A DNA stretch of 64,000 nucleotides from Planctomycetota bacterium (GTDB lineage: Bacteria > Planctomycetota > SZUA-567 > H5-PLA8): positions 1-64,000 of the forward strand of contig JBBRPR010000004.1 of assembly GCA_038227875.1 (NCBI GenBank), in the 5' to 3' direction. A program made the translations under genes and the position numbers. Of the stretch, positions 48,678-57,912 are shown piece after piece; positions within the stretch are counted from its first letter, which is position 1, and every line of letters begins with the position of its first letter. The notes under the pieces were generated by a model that worked only from the letters and a program-made list of their open reading frames with translations, had not been told where the DNA came from and did no database searches.

Positions 48678-50015
48678 CTACATCTTGATCAGCGTCTTCA
48701 CAAACGCGAGCGCGCCATCGCGATCGACCAGGCCGCCTTCAAGCTGCTGATCTTCCACCTGCTGCAGGATCGCTTTGAAATCGGGGCCCGGCTTCAGGCC
48801 CAGCGCGATCAGATCGGCGCCGGTGATCAGCGGGGCGGGATGCAGCGACTGTGGCGGCGCCGCCTGAAGTTTTTCGGAGCAGAAGTCGTAGTTCTTCAAA
48901 CTGCCGTGCGAGGCCATGCAGTCGAGCTTGTGGAGCGCGAGGTGTTCGTCGAAGTGCGGCTGGCGCAGAAAACGCTTCAGCGTCGCCGGGCGCATGCGTT
49001 GCGTGTCTTTGAAGACCATGTGCTGCGCCACGAGGCTCACCACGCGTTCAATTTCGGCGTTGGAGAACTTCAGGCGCGTCATGATCTCGCGCGTCATCTC
49101 CGCGCCGACCTTTTCGTGGCCGTTGAAGCGGATGCGGTCGGCGCGTTCAAATGTGCGCGGCTTGCCGATGTCGTGAAAGAGCGCCCCCAGCGCCAGTTCC
49201 AGCGGCGCATGCTCGAGTTGCTCCAACAGCATCAGCGTGTGCGTCCAGACATCGCCTTCGGGATGGAACTGCGCGGGCTGTTCGACGCCGGCCAGCGCTT
49301 CGACTTCCGGCAGGACGTGTTTAAGCAGGCGCGATTCCTTGAGCAGTTCGAACGCGCGGCGCGGGTTGGGGCCGGTGAGCATCTGGCAGAGCTCATCGCG
49401 GATGCGCTCCTGGCTGATGGTCAGGATCGCAGCGGCGTTGTCCTTGATTGCGCCGAGCGTGTGGCCATCGAGCTCAAAGTTCATGCGCGTGGCGAAACGG
49501 ATCGCGCGGAGCATGCGCAGGTGGTCTTCGCCGAAGCGCAGTTTCGGGTCGCCGATGCAGCGGATCACTTTCCGTTCGAGATCGCGGCGGCCATCGACGT
49601 AATCGAGGACTTCGTTCTTGAGCGGATCGAAGAAGAGGCCGTTGATGGTGAAGTCGCGGCGCTTGGCGTCCTCGACTTCATTCGTAAAGACCACCGCGTC
49701 CGGGTGGCGGCCGTCGGAGTACGACGTGTCGCCGCGGAAGGTCGCGACTTCGATCTGGATCGGATCCTTGCCCGGGCTGAGCACGCAGACGACGCCAAAC
49801 GCCGCGCCGACGGCGATGGTGCGGGGAAAGAGTTTCAGGACCTGATCGGGCGTTGCGGCGGTGGCGACATCATAGTCCTTCGGAGTCAAGCCCAGCAGCG
49901 TATCGCGCACGCAGCCCCCCGCGAAAATGGCACGATGCCCCGCGGCCGTCAGGCGCTGGACGACGCTGAGGGCGAAGGCGTGCTGCGGGTTGGGTTCAAG
50001 TACCGGCGTATCCAT
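48678..50015 (-). CDS. cca: CCA tRNA nucleotidyltransferase / poly(A) polymerase family with HD domain
   Basis: AGGCVRD, DYDVAT, RRDFTING, EDHLRMLRAIRF, ERIRDEL, HPEGDVWTHT, HDIGK. Confidence 0.9.
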   Translation of the reverse strand: MDTPVLEPNPQHAFALSVVQRLTAAGHRAIFAGGCVRDTLLGLTPKDYDVATAATPDQVLKLFPRTIAVGAAFGVVCVLSPGKDPIQIEVATFRGDTSYSDGRHPDAVVFTNEVEDAKRRDFTINGLFFDPLKNEVLDYVDGRRDLERKVIRCIGDPKLRFGEDHLRMLRAIRFATRMNFELDGHTLGAIKDNAAAILTISQERIRDELCQMLTGPNPRRAFELLKESRLLKHVLPEVEALAGVEQPAQFHPEGDVWTHTLMLLEQLEHAPLELALGALFHDIGKPRTFERADRIRFNGHEKVGAEMTREIMTRLKFSNAEIERVVSLVAQHMVFKDTQRMRPATLKRFLRQPHFDEHLALHKLDCMASHGSLKNYDFCSEKLQAAPPQSLHPAPLITGADLIALGLKPGPDFKAILQQVEDQQLEGGLVDRDGALAFVKTLIKM

Positions 50016-50455
50016 GGGCGCATTGTATCATATTGGATTGATAACTGACCTTCAGGACTTGGGGCCTGAAGGTGGGTACCTTAAGGAAAATTTTCCTTAT
50101 CCACAATCGCTTGGAACTCTTGTCACTCGATACCACTACATATAGATATAAACCATGGAAACGATGTAATCGCGCTAAGCCATGCGGTTTTGTGAGGCAT
50201 ATTTTGCGACATTATTGCCGGGGTTGGCATCAAAACGCACCTCTTCAGGGTCAAATTTATCACAGAAAATTGTGTGCACGTGAGCAACATCCGCCGTGGA
50301 AACATTTTTGATAAAATCCCAGCGTCAGCCTCGCCGAAAACTTATATCTGGTGTACCATAGACGCTTTACGCTCTACAAAAAGAGCGTCATTTAACGATG
50401 ACTCCGCCTTCGCGCACCTTGTTAAGTACTCTCGTAGCTTTTGGGGATTTTGTGT

Positions 50456-50481
50456 GAACCGATCACCCACCCAAAACGTAG
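50456..50481 (+). promoter_or_regulatory. Putative ECF-type autoregulatory promoter
   Basis: GAACC-N16-CGTAG about 27 nt upstream of the sigma GTG start. Confidence 0.5.
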
Positions 50482-50507
50482 ATACTGATGAAGGACGGAG
50501 GGGGTCT

Positions 50508-51173
50508 GTGCCAGCAGCGACCACGTCGTTGAACCTGCCCGCTGCGCCAGCCGTTTCGGCTCAGCGAGCAGCGCCCCAGAAAGAAGTAGTGGCTCCACCC
50601 GACGAGAAGCTTTTCGAACTGGCGATCGGCGGCGACCGGGAAAGTCTCGGGGAGCTGATCGGCCGCTACGAGAAGTCGCTCTTTGGCTTGTTGCTGCGGA
50701 TGACCGGCGGCGATTCGCACCGTGCCGACGATCTCTTTCAAGACACCTTCCTGCATGCGATGCGCGCGGGAAAGACGTTCGATAAGAAGCTGCACTTCAA
50801 ACCGTGGGTGACGGCGATCGCGGTAAACCTGGTCCGCGACGACGCCCGCAAGCGCAAAGTGCGGGGCGAAGTGGGGCTGGATTCGAAGACCGGGTCGGGG
50901 GCAGAATCGGAACGCAGTACGGTTCCGGAACCGGCGGCCACTGGCGAAAACCCCGGGGAAAGCGCCGAACGCAGGGACGAGGAGCTTAAAATTCAGCGGG
51001 CGCTGAATGGCTTGACGGAACTGGAGCGGGAAGTGGTTCTGCTTCATTTCTACGACAGCATGACACTGGTGGAGACGGCCAGTGTGCTGCAGGTGCCGCT
51101 GGGGACGATCAAGAGCCGCCTGCACGCCGCGCTGACGCGCCTGAGTGGAATTCTTGAAAAACCCGCTCCGTAA
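50508..51173 (+). CDS. ECF RNA polymerase sigma factor
   Basis: ADDLFQDTFL, FKPWVTAIAVN, REVVLLHFY..MTLVETASVLQVPLGTIKSRLHAA; GGAGGGG RBS before GTG at 50508. Confidence 0.93.
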   Translation: MPAATTSLNLPAAPAVSAQRAAPQKEVVAPPDEKLFELAIGGDRESLGELIGRYEKSLFGLLLRMTGGDSHRADDLFQDTFLHAMRAGKTFDKKLHFKPWVTAIAVNLVRDDARKRKVRGEVGLDSKTGSGAESERSTVPEPAATGENPGESAERRDEELKIQRALNGLTELEREVVLLHFYDSMTLVETASVLQVPLGTIKSRLHAALTRLSGILEKPAP

Positions 51174-51257
51174 ACGGCGGCGGCAACGTCAAAAGAAGCG
51201 CAGGGACTGTTGGCGGAATGCAGCGATGAATGGTAGGTTGAAGGCAGAGGTGCTGGT

Positions 51258-51707
51258 ATGAATGACGAACCGAATCTGAACGATCCGAAACTGATACGCG
51301 CCGGCGAATCGGTCGCCCGGCTATCCCGGCCTCAACCGCCGGCAGGCCTGGCTGCCCGTACGCTGGCGCGGATCTCTGCTTCCTACCAGAAGCCGATCAA
51401 GAAAGTCTTCTGGATGCTGCGCCCGATCACGCACCCGGTGGCTCGCGTTGCCGCGGCCGCGATGATCATTTACGCGCTGGCCCCGATGACCGACCTCGAT
51501 GTGGCCTCGCAGCTGGGCGTGCAGATCGAACGCCACGTCACCGGACACGTTTTCGAAAATCACGTCGAAGCGCTGGTCGACAGTGTCATCAGCAGCCCCG
51601 GCGATTCGCAGCCGTACCTGGATTCGTTCATGGGCGTACAGCGCACGAATTCGAACGCGAATGGCTCCCGCCACGCGAATGTCCGCCACACGCGCACGGG
51701 CACGTAA
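51258..51707 (+). CDS. Putative membrane anti-sigma factor / hypothetical protein
   Basis: Directly downstream of ECF; PQPPAGLAARTLARI helix and one hydrophobic segment; GAGG RBS. Confidence 0.6.
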   Translation: MNDEPNLNDPKLIRAGESVARLSRPQPPAGLAARTLARISASYQKPIKKVFWMLRPITHPVARVAAAAMIIYALAPMTDLDVASQLGVQIERHVTGHVFENHVEALVDSVISSPGDSQPYLDSFMGVQRTNSNANGSRHANVRHTRTGT

Positions 51708-51778
51708 TCGAATTCAAAAGTAAAATTCAACTTTCAAAAACGCACGCGGATGGGCTGACGCCTTCCGCGTGCGGTTGT

Positions 51779-51865
51779 TTTGGCTCTTAGCTTTTGGCTC
51801 CTGTCGGTAATGCGTTGACTCACCGATAGGACTCCCAAGAGCCAAGAGCCAAGAGCTAAGAGCCA
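51779..51865. repeat. Inverted heptamer arrays (TTGGCTC)/(CCAAGAG)n
   Basis: tggctcttagcttttggctc ... ccaagagccaagagccaagagctaagagcca. Confidence 0.8.
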
Positions 51866-51920
51866 GCCACGCCGTTTCACGTGTGCACCCGCCCCTGTCT
51901 CAGTCTGCGTCACTCCGCGT

Positions 51921-51936
51921 TGGCACGCCGATTGTA
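51921..51936 (+). promoter_or_regulatory. Possible sigma54 -24/-12 promoter
   Basis: TGGCACG-ccga-TTGTA versus consensus TGGCACG-N4-TTGCW (one mismatch at -12). Confidence 0.5.
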
Positions 51937-52091
51937 TAAAGAACTTCCGAAGTAAAGCATCTGACCCAAAAAGTGACCGGGCAAGTCAGGCAAAGGGCGG
52001 GGGGGTGTCCCCACGTCGCGGAGATACTCTGTCCCTACGTGTGCAGGAGCGGGAAGAGAACAGATTGCAGTCAGCGAAAGGAGCTCTACCT

Positions 52092-52439
52092 ATGTCAGTC
52101 AACTTGAGTTTTGCTTCGGGATCCACCGGAATGGCCGCGCCGACTTATGCGGCGCCTGGCGCGCCGATGGCAGCGCCGGAGAAGCGAATCGACCAGCATC
52201 CGACATCGGCGACGAGCGTCACCTTTACGGTTGGCCAGTCGCTGGCGGATATCGAGCGCGAGATGATCATCAAGACGATGCAGTCGACGCGCGGCAACCG
52301 CACCCGCGCCGCGAAGCTGCTCGGAATCAGCGTCCGCACGCTGTACACGAAGCTGTTGAAGATTGAAGGCGAGACGGCCGGCGCGCCCGCCGGCAGCGCG
52401 ACGACCGCGCCAGTCGAAGCGCACCAGCGCTCGGCGTAA
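52092..52439 (+). CDS. Stand-alone Fis-type HTH (NtrC C-terminal-like) protein
   Basis: SLADIEREMIIKTMQSTRGNRTRAAKLLGISVRTLYTKL; AAGGAG RBS. Confidence 0.88.
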   Translation: MSVNLSFASGSTGMAAPTYAAPGAPMAAPEKRIDQHPTSATSVTFTVGQSLADIEREMIIKTMQSTRGNRTRAAKLLGISVRTLYTKLLKIEGETAGAPAGSATTAPVEAHQRSA

Positions 52440-52480
52440 CCGTCTGCGCCGACTTGTGCCGCTGTTCACTTTTTGCAGTG

Positions 52481-52528
52481 AAACGGCGAGCGAAAGCCCT
52501 ACCCGCGGGGCTTTTGCTCGCCGTTTTC
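52481..52528 (+). terminator. Intrinsic terminator after Fis-HTH gene
   Basis: aaacggcgagcgaaagccc...gggcttttgctcgccgtttt. Confidence 0.7.
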
Positions 52529-52588
52529 ATTTTCAATTTTCTAGTTCGAAATTACATGGCGCTGAAATAGGGCGAAGATTTTGGGCCT

Positions 52589-52632
52589 GGGTGTCAAGGA
52601 GCAAGCAAATTGCCGCTTGCTCCTTGACACCC
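52589..52632. repeat. REP-like perfect palindrome (18-bp stem)
   Basis: gggtgtcaaggagcaagc-aaattgcc-gcttgctccttgacaccc; homologous to 10284-10320. Confidence 0.85.
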
Positions 52633-52650
52633 ACCCGCTGGATTGAGCTG

Positions 52651-53397
52651 TTATGAGTTGCCTAACCGTCCCGCGTACGTGCGCTTCACATCAAAGTCCC
52701 CGCGCTTGTGGTCCGGCGCGCCGGGAAGATATTCGGTGCGGTTACCGATGCCGTTGGTGCTGCTTTGCGTGCCGCGGTATTCCAGGCCGATCTTCTTGCC
52801 GTCGGCGGCTGTGACCCAGCGCACGAAAATCACGCTGTGGCCGGAACTGCCGTGCCATAGCCGGATGAAGTCTCCCGGCTGAGCGTCGAGCAGCGGAACT
52901 TCGTGGCCGATGCCCAGCCACTGCAGCGCGAAGATCTGCTGCTTCTCGCGGGACTTGGGCGTGTTGGCGTACCAATGCTGCTGAAACGCGCGGATCTGTT
53001 CGGCGGACTTGCCTTCCAGCAGCCCTGCTTCTGAAGCAGCGCGCATCACTACCGCGAACGTGAACCCGCAGCAGTACGTCCCGCGCCTGGACTTCGAGAG
53101 AATCTTCTCTCCGTTGAATTTGATCTCTTCGGGCGTGCCGGTCCCGCCGTCCCAGTTGAATCCGCCGCCATCGGGAAACGCCGCCGCGATCTTCAGCACG
53201 TTGGGTCCGGGGAGCGGTTTCGGCACCGCGGCGGAGACGGGAGCAGGCGCTGGATTCGTCGCGGGTTCACTCTTCGCAGCGAGCGGCGGTGTTTTGGGCG
53301 GTTCGACGTCGGACTTCTGGAACGAGCGGTAGACGGGCATCACGGCCAATCCGACCAGCAGTCCGAATGAAAATGTAATGAACGTGGGACGCGACAT
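52651..53397 (-). CDS. Membrane-anchored protein with NlpC/P60-like Cys-His motifs
   Basis: N-terminal anchor, Pro-rich linker, GTYCCGFTF ... PGDFIRLW..SGHSVIF. Confidence 0.55.
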   Translation of the reverse strand: MSRPTFITFSFGLLVGLAVMPVYRSFQKSDVEPPKTPPLAAKSEPATNPAPAPVSAAVPKPLPGPNVLKIAAAFPDGGGFNWDGGTGTPEEIKFNGEKILSKSRRGTYCCGFTFAVVMRAASEAGLLEGKSAEQIRAFQQHWYANTPKSREKQQIFALQWLGIGHEVPLLDAQPGDFIRLWHGSSGHSVIFVRWVTAADGKKIGLEYRGTQSSTNGIGNRTEYLPGAPDHKRGDFDVKRTYAGRLGNS

Positions 53398-53491
53398 GAC
53401 GAATGACCCTCCTCCGAGCTAATCCGGTATCGTCGCGTTGCGCGCTGAGGTGTAGCCCTCAGTACGAAAGTGAACCGTGCGGCCTGCGGCC

Positions 53492-53532
53492 GAGGGGTCA
53501 GGGGTCAGGAGTCAGAGTAGAGCTGTCGCACG
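53492..53532. repeat. Heptamer (GGGGTCA) array, left-arm type
   Basis: gaggggtcaggggtcaggagtcagagtagag, similar to the left arm of the 55042 element. Confidence 0.7.
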
Positions 53533-53636
53533 GACGGGCTCGCGTTCGACATTCTGTGATTTCCATTTGTCATTTTTTCGCCTAAATCGAAAATCAAAAG
53601 CGTCAAGCATTCTCTTTTCAACAGACCGGAGGCGTC

Positions 53637-55028
53637 ATGGTATTTCGAACGGAAATGGATTCACTGGGTCCCGTGCAGGTTCCCGCGGAAGCGTATTGGG
53701 GCGCGCAGACGCAACGCGCGGTGGAAAATTTTCCCATCAGCGGACTGCCGCTGCCGCAGCGCTTCATCCGCGCGCTGGCGTTGATCAAAAAAGCGTGGGC
53801 GCAGGTGAACCTGGAGCAGAAGCTGCTCGACGAGAAGGTGGCCAAGGCGATCATCCAGGCCTCCGACGAAGTCGCTTCGGGAAAACTCGGCGCGCAGTTT
53901 CCGGTCGATGTCTTCCAGACCGGATCGGCGACCTCCACGAACATGAACGCCAATGAAGTGATTTCCAACCGCGCGATCGAAATCCTGGGCGGCGAACGCG
54001 GCAGCAAAAAGCCCGTTCACCCCAACGATCATGTCAACAAGAGCCAGTCGTCGAACGACATCATCCCCACCGCGCTCCACGTCGCGGCGCTGGACTCCGT
54101 TGAGAACGACCTGATCCCCGCGCTGAAATACCTGCACGCCGCGCTGGCGGAAAAGGCGCGCGAGTTCGATGACATCGTCAAGATCGGCCGCACGCATCTG
54201 ATGGACGCCGTCCCGCTGCGCCTGGGCCAGGAATTCGGCGGCTACGCTTCGCAGCTCGAACATTCCATCGGTCGCGCGGAGAGCATCAAGAAGAACCTCG
54301 GCGAACTGGCGCTCGGCGGAACGGCCGTCGGCACGGGGATCAACGCCGATCCGAAACTTCCGCCGCTGGTGATCGCCAAGGTCGCCGCGGAGATGAAGCT
54401 GCCGCTGCGGCAGGCTCCGAACCTCTTCGAAGCTCTCGGCGCCCGTGACGCATCCGTCGAAGCGTCCGGCGTGTTGAAGACCATCGCCGTCTCGCTGATG
54501 AAAGTGGCCAACGACATCCGCCTGCTGGGTTCCGGCCCGCGCTGCGGTATCGGTGAAATCGTGCTGCCGGATCTGCAGCCGGGATCGAGCATCATGCCCG
54601 GCAAGGTCAACCCGGTGATGCCGGAAATGCTGACCATGGTCGCCTGCCAGGTGATCGGCTGTGACGCGGCGATCACGGCCGGCGGACTGCAGGGGCACTT
54701 CGAGCTCAATACCTTCAAGCCGCTGATCGCCTACAACCTGCTCTTCGCGACGCAGATTCTCTCCAATGGCTGCCGCGCCTTTGCGGACAAGTGCGTGAAG
54801 GGCCTCGTCGCCGATAGGGAACGCTGCGCAGAACTCGTCGAGAAGAGTTTAATGCTCGGCACCGCGCTGAATGGCAAGATCGGCTACGACGCCGCCGCGA
54901 AGCTCGCCCAGGAAGCGCACAAAACCGGCAAGACCGTGCGCCAGCTGGCCACGGAAAAGAAGCTCATGCCCGCCGACGAGCTCAACCGTCTGCTGGACGT
55001 CCGCAAGATGACCGAGCCCGGGGCGTAG
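53637..55028 (+). CDS. fumC: Class II fumarate hydratase
   Basis: YWGAQTQRA, FQTGSATSTNMNANEVI, HPNDHVN, KIGRTHLMDA, GSSIMPGKVNP. Confidence 0.95.
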   Translation: MVFRTEMDSLGPVQVPAEAYWGAQTQRAVENFPISGLPLPQRFIRALALIKKAWAQVNLEQKLLDEKVAKAIIQASDEVASGKLGAQFPVDVFQTGSATSTNMNANEVISNRAIEILGGERGSKKPVHPNDHVNKSQSSNDIIPTALHVAALDSVENDLIPALKYLHAALAEKAREFDDIVKIGRTHLMDAVPLRLGQEFGGYASQLEHSIGRAESIKKNLGELALGGTAVGTGINADPKLPPLVIAKVAAEMKLPLRQAPNLFEALGARDASVEASGVLKTIAVSLMKVANDIRLLGSGPRCGIGEIVLPDLQPGSSIMPGKVNPVMPEMLTMVACQVIGCDAAITAGGLQGHFELNTFKPLIAYNLLFATQILSNGCRAFADKCVKGLVADRERCAELVEKSLMLGTALNGKIGYDAAAKLAQEAHKTGKTVRQLATEKKLMPADELNRLLDVRKMTEPGA

Positions 55029-55041
55029 CGCGGCGTAGCCG

Positions 55042-55217
55042 CGAGGGGTCAGGGGTTAGGGGCCAAGGGTCAGAATAGAGCGCGCGCACGAGGTATTCGT
55101 GCGCGCGTTTTGCTTTTGGGCCAGCTGCCACTGCTTTCGCTCTCTCAAAAGCAAACCGCGCACACGACCTCCCGTGCACGCGCACTCTATTCTGACCCCT
55201 GGCCCCTGACCCCTCGC
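55042..55217. repeat. Large imperfect palindrome with GGGGTCA heptamer arms and nested hairpins
   Basis: gaggggtcaggggttaggggccaagggtcagaatagag ... ctctattctgacccctggcccctgacccctc between convergent genes. Confidence 0.85.
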
Positions 55218-55231
55218 CGCGTCAGCGGCGC

Positions 55232-55951
55232 TTACTTCGCGGGCATGCCGGTGAGTTTGCCGAACTTTTCCGGGTGGTGGGAGCTGTCGTTGTAGACGGG
55301 GGACCAATAGGTGAGTTCGCCGGCGGCGGGGCGGTGGCGGACGACATTGAAGGCCCACTTCGCGGCGAAATTCGGCGATTGCGTGTAGATGGTGAAGGGT
55401 AGGGCGAGGGTGCAGGTCCAATTGTCCTTGTTGATCTTCACGGCGGTCTTGTATTCGGGGTTCCACGATTTGTCCGGACTGCTGGGGCTGGGCAGGAAGC
55501 CGTCCCACGTGACGCCTTTGGAATTCACGATCAACTGGTAGTACGTCTCACGCTTGCCGGACGGATCGATGAACACTTCGACCGTGTCGTCGCCCCAGAT
55601 GTTGTCTTCGTCGTGGCCCTTGCCGTCGGCTTTGAGTTTCTTCAAGGCTTCTTCGCTTTCGAAACATTCGACGGCGACATAGAGCGCCGTGTTGTCCCGG
55701 GTGACGTAGACCTTGGTGTGGCCCTTGGCCTTGCTGCCTTCCTTCAGGAAGAACGCCTCGGAAGTCGCGGCTTCTTTCCACGCGGGGCTCTCCAGCGTGC
55801 CGTCGATCTTCGGCGCTTCTTTCGCCAGCGGAACTTTCAGTTCGGGGAGAATGCCTTCTTCGGCGTGGTCGTCGCCCGGTCCATCGGCGGCGGCGGCGAA
55901 GAGCGGTGTGATCAGGCAACAGGCAAGGGTGAAGACGAGCAGACTGCGCAT
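55232..55951 (-). CDS. Secreted carbohydrate-binding family 9-like (DOMON-like) protein
   Basis: PKIDGTLESPAW, DNTALYVAVEC, IWGDDTVEVFIDP, YYQLIVNSKG, WAFNVVR, HHPEKFG. Confidence 0.8.
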   Translation of the reverse strand: MRSLLVFTLACCLITPLFAAAADGPGDDHAEEGILPELKVPLAKEAPKIDGTLESPAWKEAATSEAFFLKEGSKAKGHTKVYVTRDNTALYVAVECFESEEALKKLKADGKGHDEDNIWGDDTVEVFIDPSGKRETYYQLIVNSKGVTWDGFLPSPSSPDKSWNPEYKTAVKINKDNWTCTLALPFTIYTQSPNFAAKWAFNVVRHRPAAGELTYWSPVYNDSSHHPEKFGKLTGMPAK

Positions 55952-56090
55952 GCGGGTTCTCCATTTAAAGCGCGCGACACCAACTTCATTCATCCCATAC
56001 ACGCCGGAACGGCGATGCTAGCGCGAATTCGAAGCGAAAAAGTAAAAATCAATCTCCGTACGAACCACCCGACCATTATAGTAGCAAGCG

Positions 56091-56714
56091 ATGAAAGTGC
56101 CTAAAAAACACAACCCGTATCTTGCTCCGCTCATTGAAGCCGCGATCTATCTGATTCCCATTTTGCTGCTCACACTATCCAATTTTCGAGTCTCGCGCAC
56201 GCTTTCAGCAGCTATGAAGAATCCAAAGTATGTGCTCCCTGCCATTGGGTTATTTCCGCTGCTGATCGTTTGGCAGGTGCGGCGCCGAAAGCTTCGTTAC
56301 ACTCTCGCCGATTTGAGTGCTGCATTTCTGGGATTCGGTGCCACGCTGATTCCGCTTGATTATCTGTCGCAGAAATTCAACTATCCGCTTCGGGAATACC
56401 TGGTGATCGTGCTGTACGTGGAAATCATGATCGGCTTCGGCTTTCTCTCGGCCTTGAAAAATCGCAATCTCCTCCAGGAACGCGCCGTCGCGCTGCGCTG
56501 GCTGATCTTCGCGGCGTTTCTCATGGCGCCGGCGACGGCGCTTCCCGCGCTCTATGCGACTATTGAACTCGTGATCAACAACGAGCTCTTTCACAACGAT
56601 TGGACCGGGATGCTGGCGTGGCTGGCGCTGATTCTTCCTGTCTTGATTTCAGTCTGGTTCCGTACGATTTTCAATGTCAGCAAAGTCGACGCCGAAGGCG
56701 CGCCGCGGGAGTAG
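56091..56714 (+). CDS. Hypothetical multi-pass membrane protein
   Basis: About six hydrophobic segments; TATAGT 8 nt before the ATG; AT-richer 5' half. Confidence 0.7.
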   Translation: MKVPKKHNPYLAPLIEAAIYLIPILLLTLSNFRVSRTLSAAMKNPKYVLPAIGLFPLLIVWQVRRRKLRYTLADLSAAFLGFGATLIPLDYLSQKFNYPLREYLVIVLYVEIMIGFGFLSALKNRNLLQERAVALRWLIFAAFLMAPATALPALYATIELVINNELFHNDWTGMLAWLALILPVLISVWFRTIFNVSKVDAEGAPRE

Positions 56715-56855
56715 CGCGATTTACACCTTCCCAACGCGCTGACATGCGCAATACTCACCACTTGAATCATTGGGACTCGGGTTTGCTTTTACTCCGCGCC
56801 GAGCGCGATCACTGGATTGCGCGCTTCATTTAATCATTCTTCGAGAACCTCCGAC

Positions 56856-57767
56856 GTGGAAACCGTAAACAAAACCCGACGCTTGAAAATCCGCCACACC
56901 ACGACCTACGCCTACGACAAACCCGTGCAGCACAGCCTCCATGCGTTGCATCTGCGGCCGGTTCACGATTGGAAGCAGAGCGTCCTGTCACACGCGCTGA
57001 CGATCAGCCCGCACAATCCGCAGGTCGTCGAGTACGAAGACGTCTTCGGCAACTGGGGCGTCAACTTCGAACTCTTCGTGCCGTACACCAGCCTCACCCT
57101 GCACGCCGAATCGTTGGTGGAACTGCTCGACGTCGATCCGTTCGCCTTCACCAAGATGCTCAAGCGCCCGATATTTCCCGTTACCTGGATGCCGTGGGAG
57201 CAGAAGATGCTCGGGCCGTACCTGCAGCCGATGGAACTGCCCGACACGCAGCTGTTGGAAATTTACGACTACGCGCGGCAGTTCGTCAGCGACAACAAGT
57301 ACGATCTGCTCGAAGCGCTGTTCGCGATCAACCTTGAGTTCAAGAAATCGTACAAGTACGTGCCGGGTTCGACGCGCCACGAGACGACGCCGTACGAGGT
57401 GTACGTCAAGAAACAGGGCGTCTGCCAGGACTTCGCCGGACTGTTCATCCAGATGGCGCGGTTGCTGGGACTGCCGGCGCGCTATGTCTGCGGCTACATT
57501 TACACCGGCAACTTGAACGACGAGATGGCCGATGCCTCGCACGCGTGGCTGCAGGTGTACATTCCGAGCGTCGGCTGGAAAGGCTTCGATCCGACCAACG
57601 GTACGCTCCCCGACACCGACCACGTCCGCGTCGCGTATGGCCGCTACTACCGCGACACGACGCCGACGTCCGGCACGCTCTTTACCGCCGCCGCGGAGAC
57701 AATGACGGTGAAGGTGCGCGTGGAGGAAGAATTACCGACCACGGGAACGCCGGGAGCGACGAACTGA
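56856..57767 (+). CDS. Transglutaminase-like family protein (Bact_transglu_N + core)
   Basis: IRHTTTYAY, DVFGN, catalytic GVCQDFA / SHAW / FDPTN. Confidence 0.92.
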   Translation: METVNKTRRLKIRHTTTYAYDKPVQHSLHALHLRPVHDWKQSVLSHALTISPHNPQVVEYEDVFGNWGVNFELFVPYTSLTLHAESLVELLDVDPFAFTKMLKRPIFPVTWMPWEQKMLGPYLQPMELPDTQLLEIYDYARQFVSDNKYDLLEALFAINLEFKKSYKYVPGSTRHETTPYEVYVKKQGVCQDFAGLFIQMARLLGLPARYVCGYIYTGNLNDEMADASHAWLQVYIPSVGWKGFDPTNGTLPDTDHVRVAYGRYYRDTTPTSGTLFTAAAETMTVKVRVEEELPTTGTPGATN

Positions 57768-57772
57768 ACGGC

Positions 57773-57810
57773 ATTGCGGATTTCGGAATGCGGACTGCGG
57801 ATTAGATTGG
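57773..57810. repeat. Heptamer array (TGCGGAT-like)
   Basis: attgcggatttcggaatgcggactgcggattagattgg. Confidence 0.7.
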
Positions 57811-57912
57811 GGACGTTGTGACTTAGATAGAGCTACGCGGTGCGGGGAACCTTACCGCAAATTTGCGGCATGGTTAGAAACCACCACTCTTTGGGAGTAG
57901 GAGCGGACTAAT

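Noticed and set aside
29997..50048. Long ORFs 29997-31766, 40151-42139 and 48642-50048
   Set aside because: Antisense shadows of topA, dnaE2 and cca.
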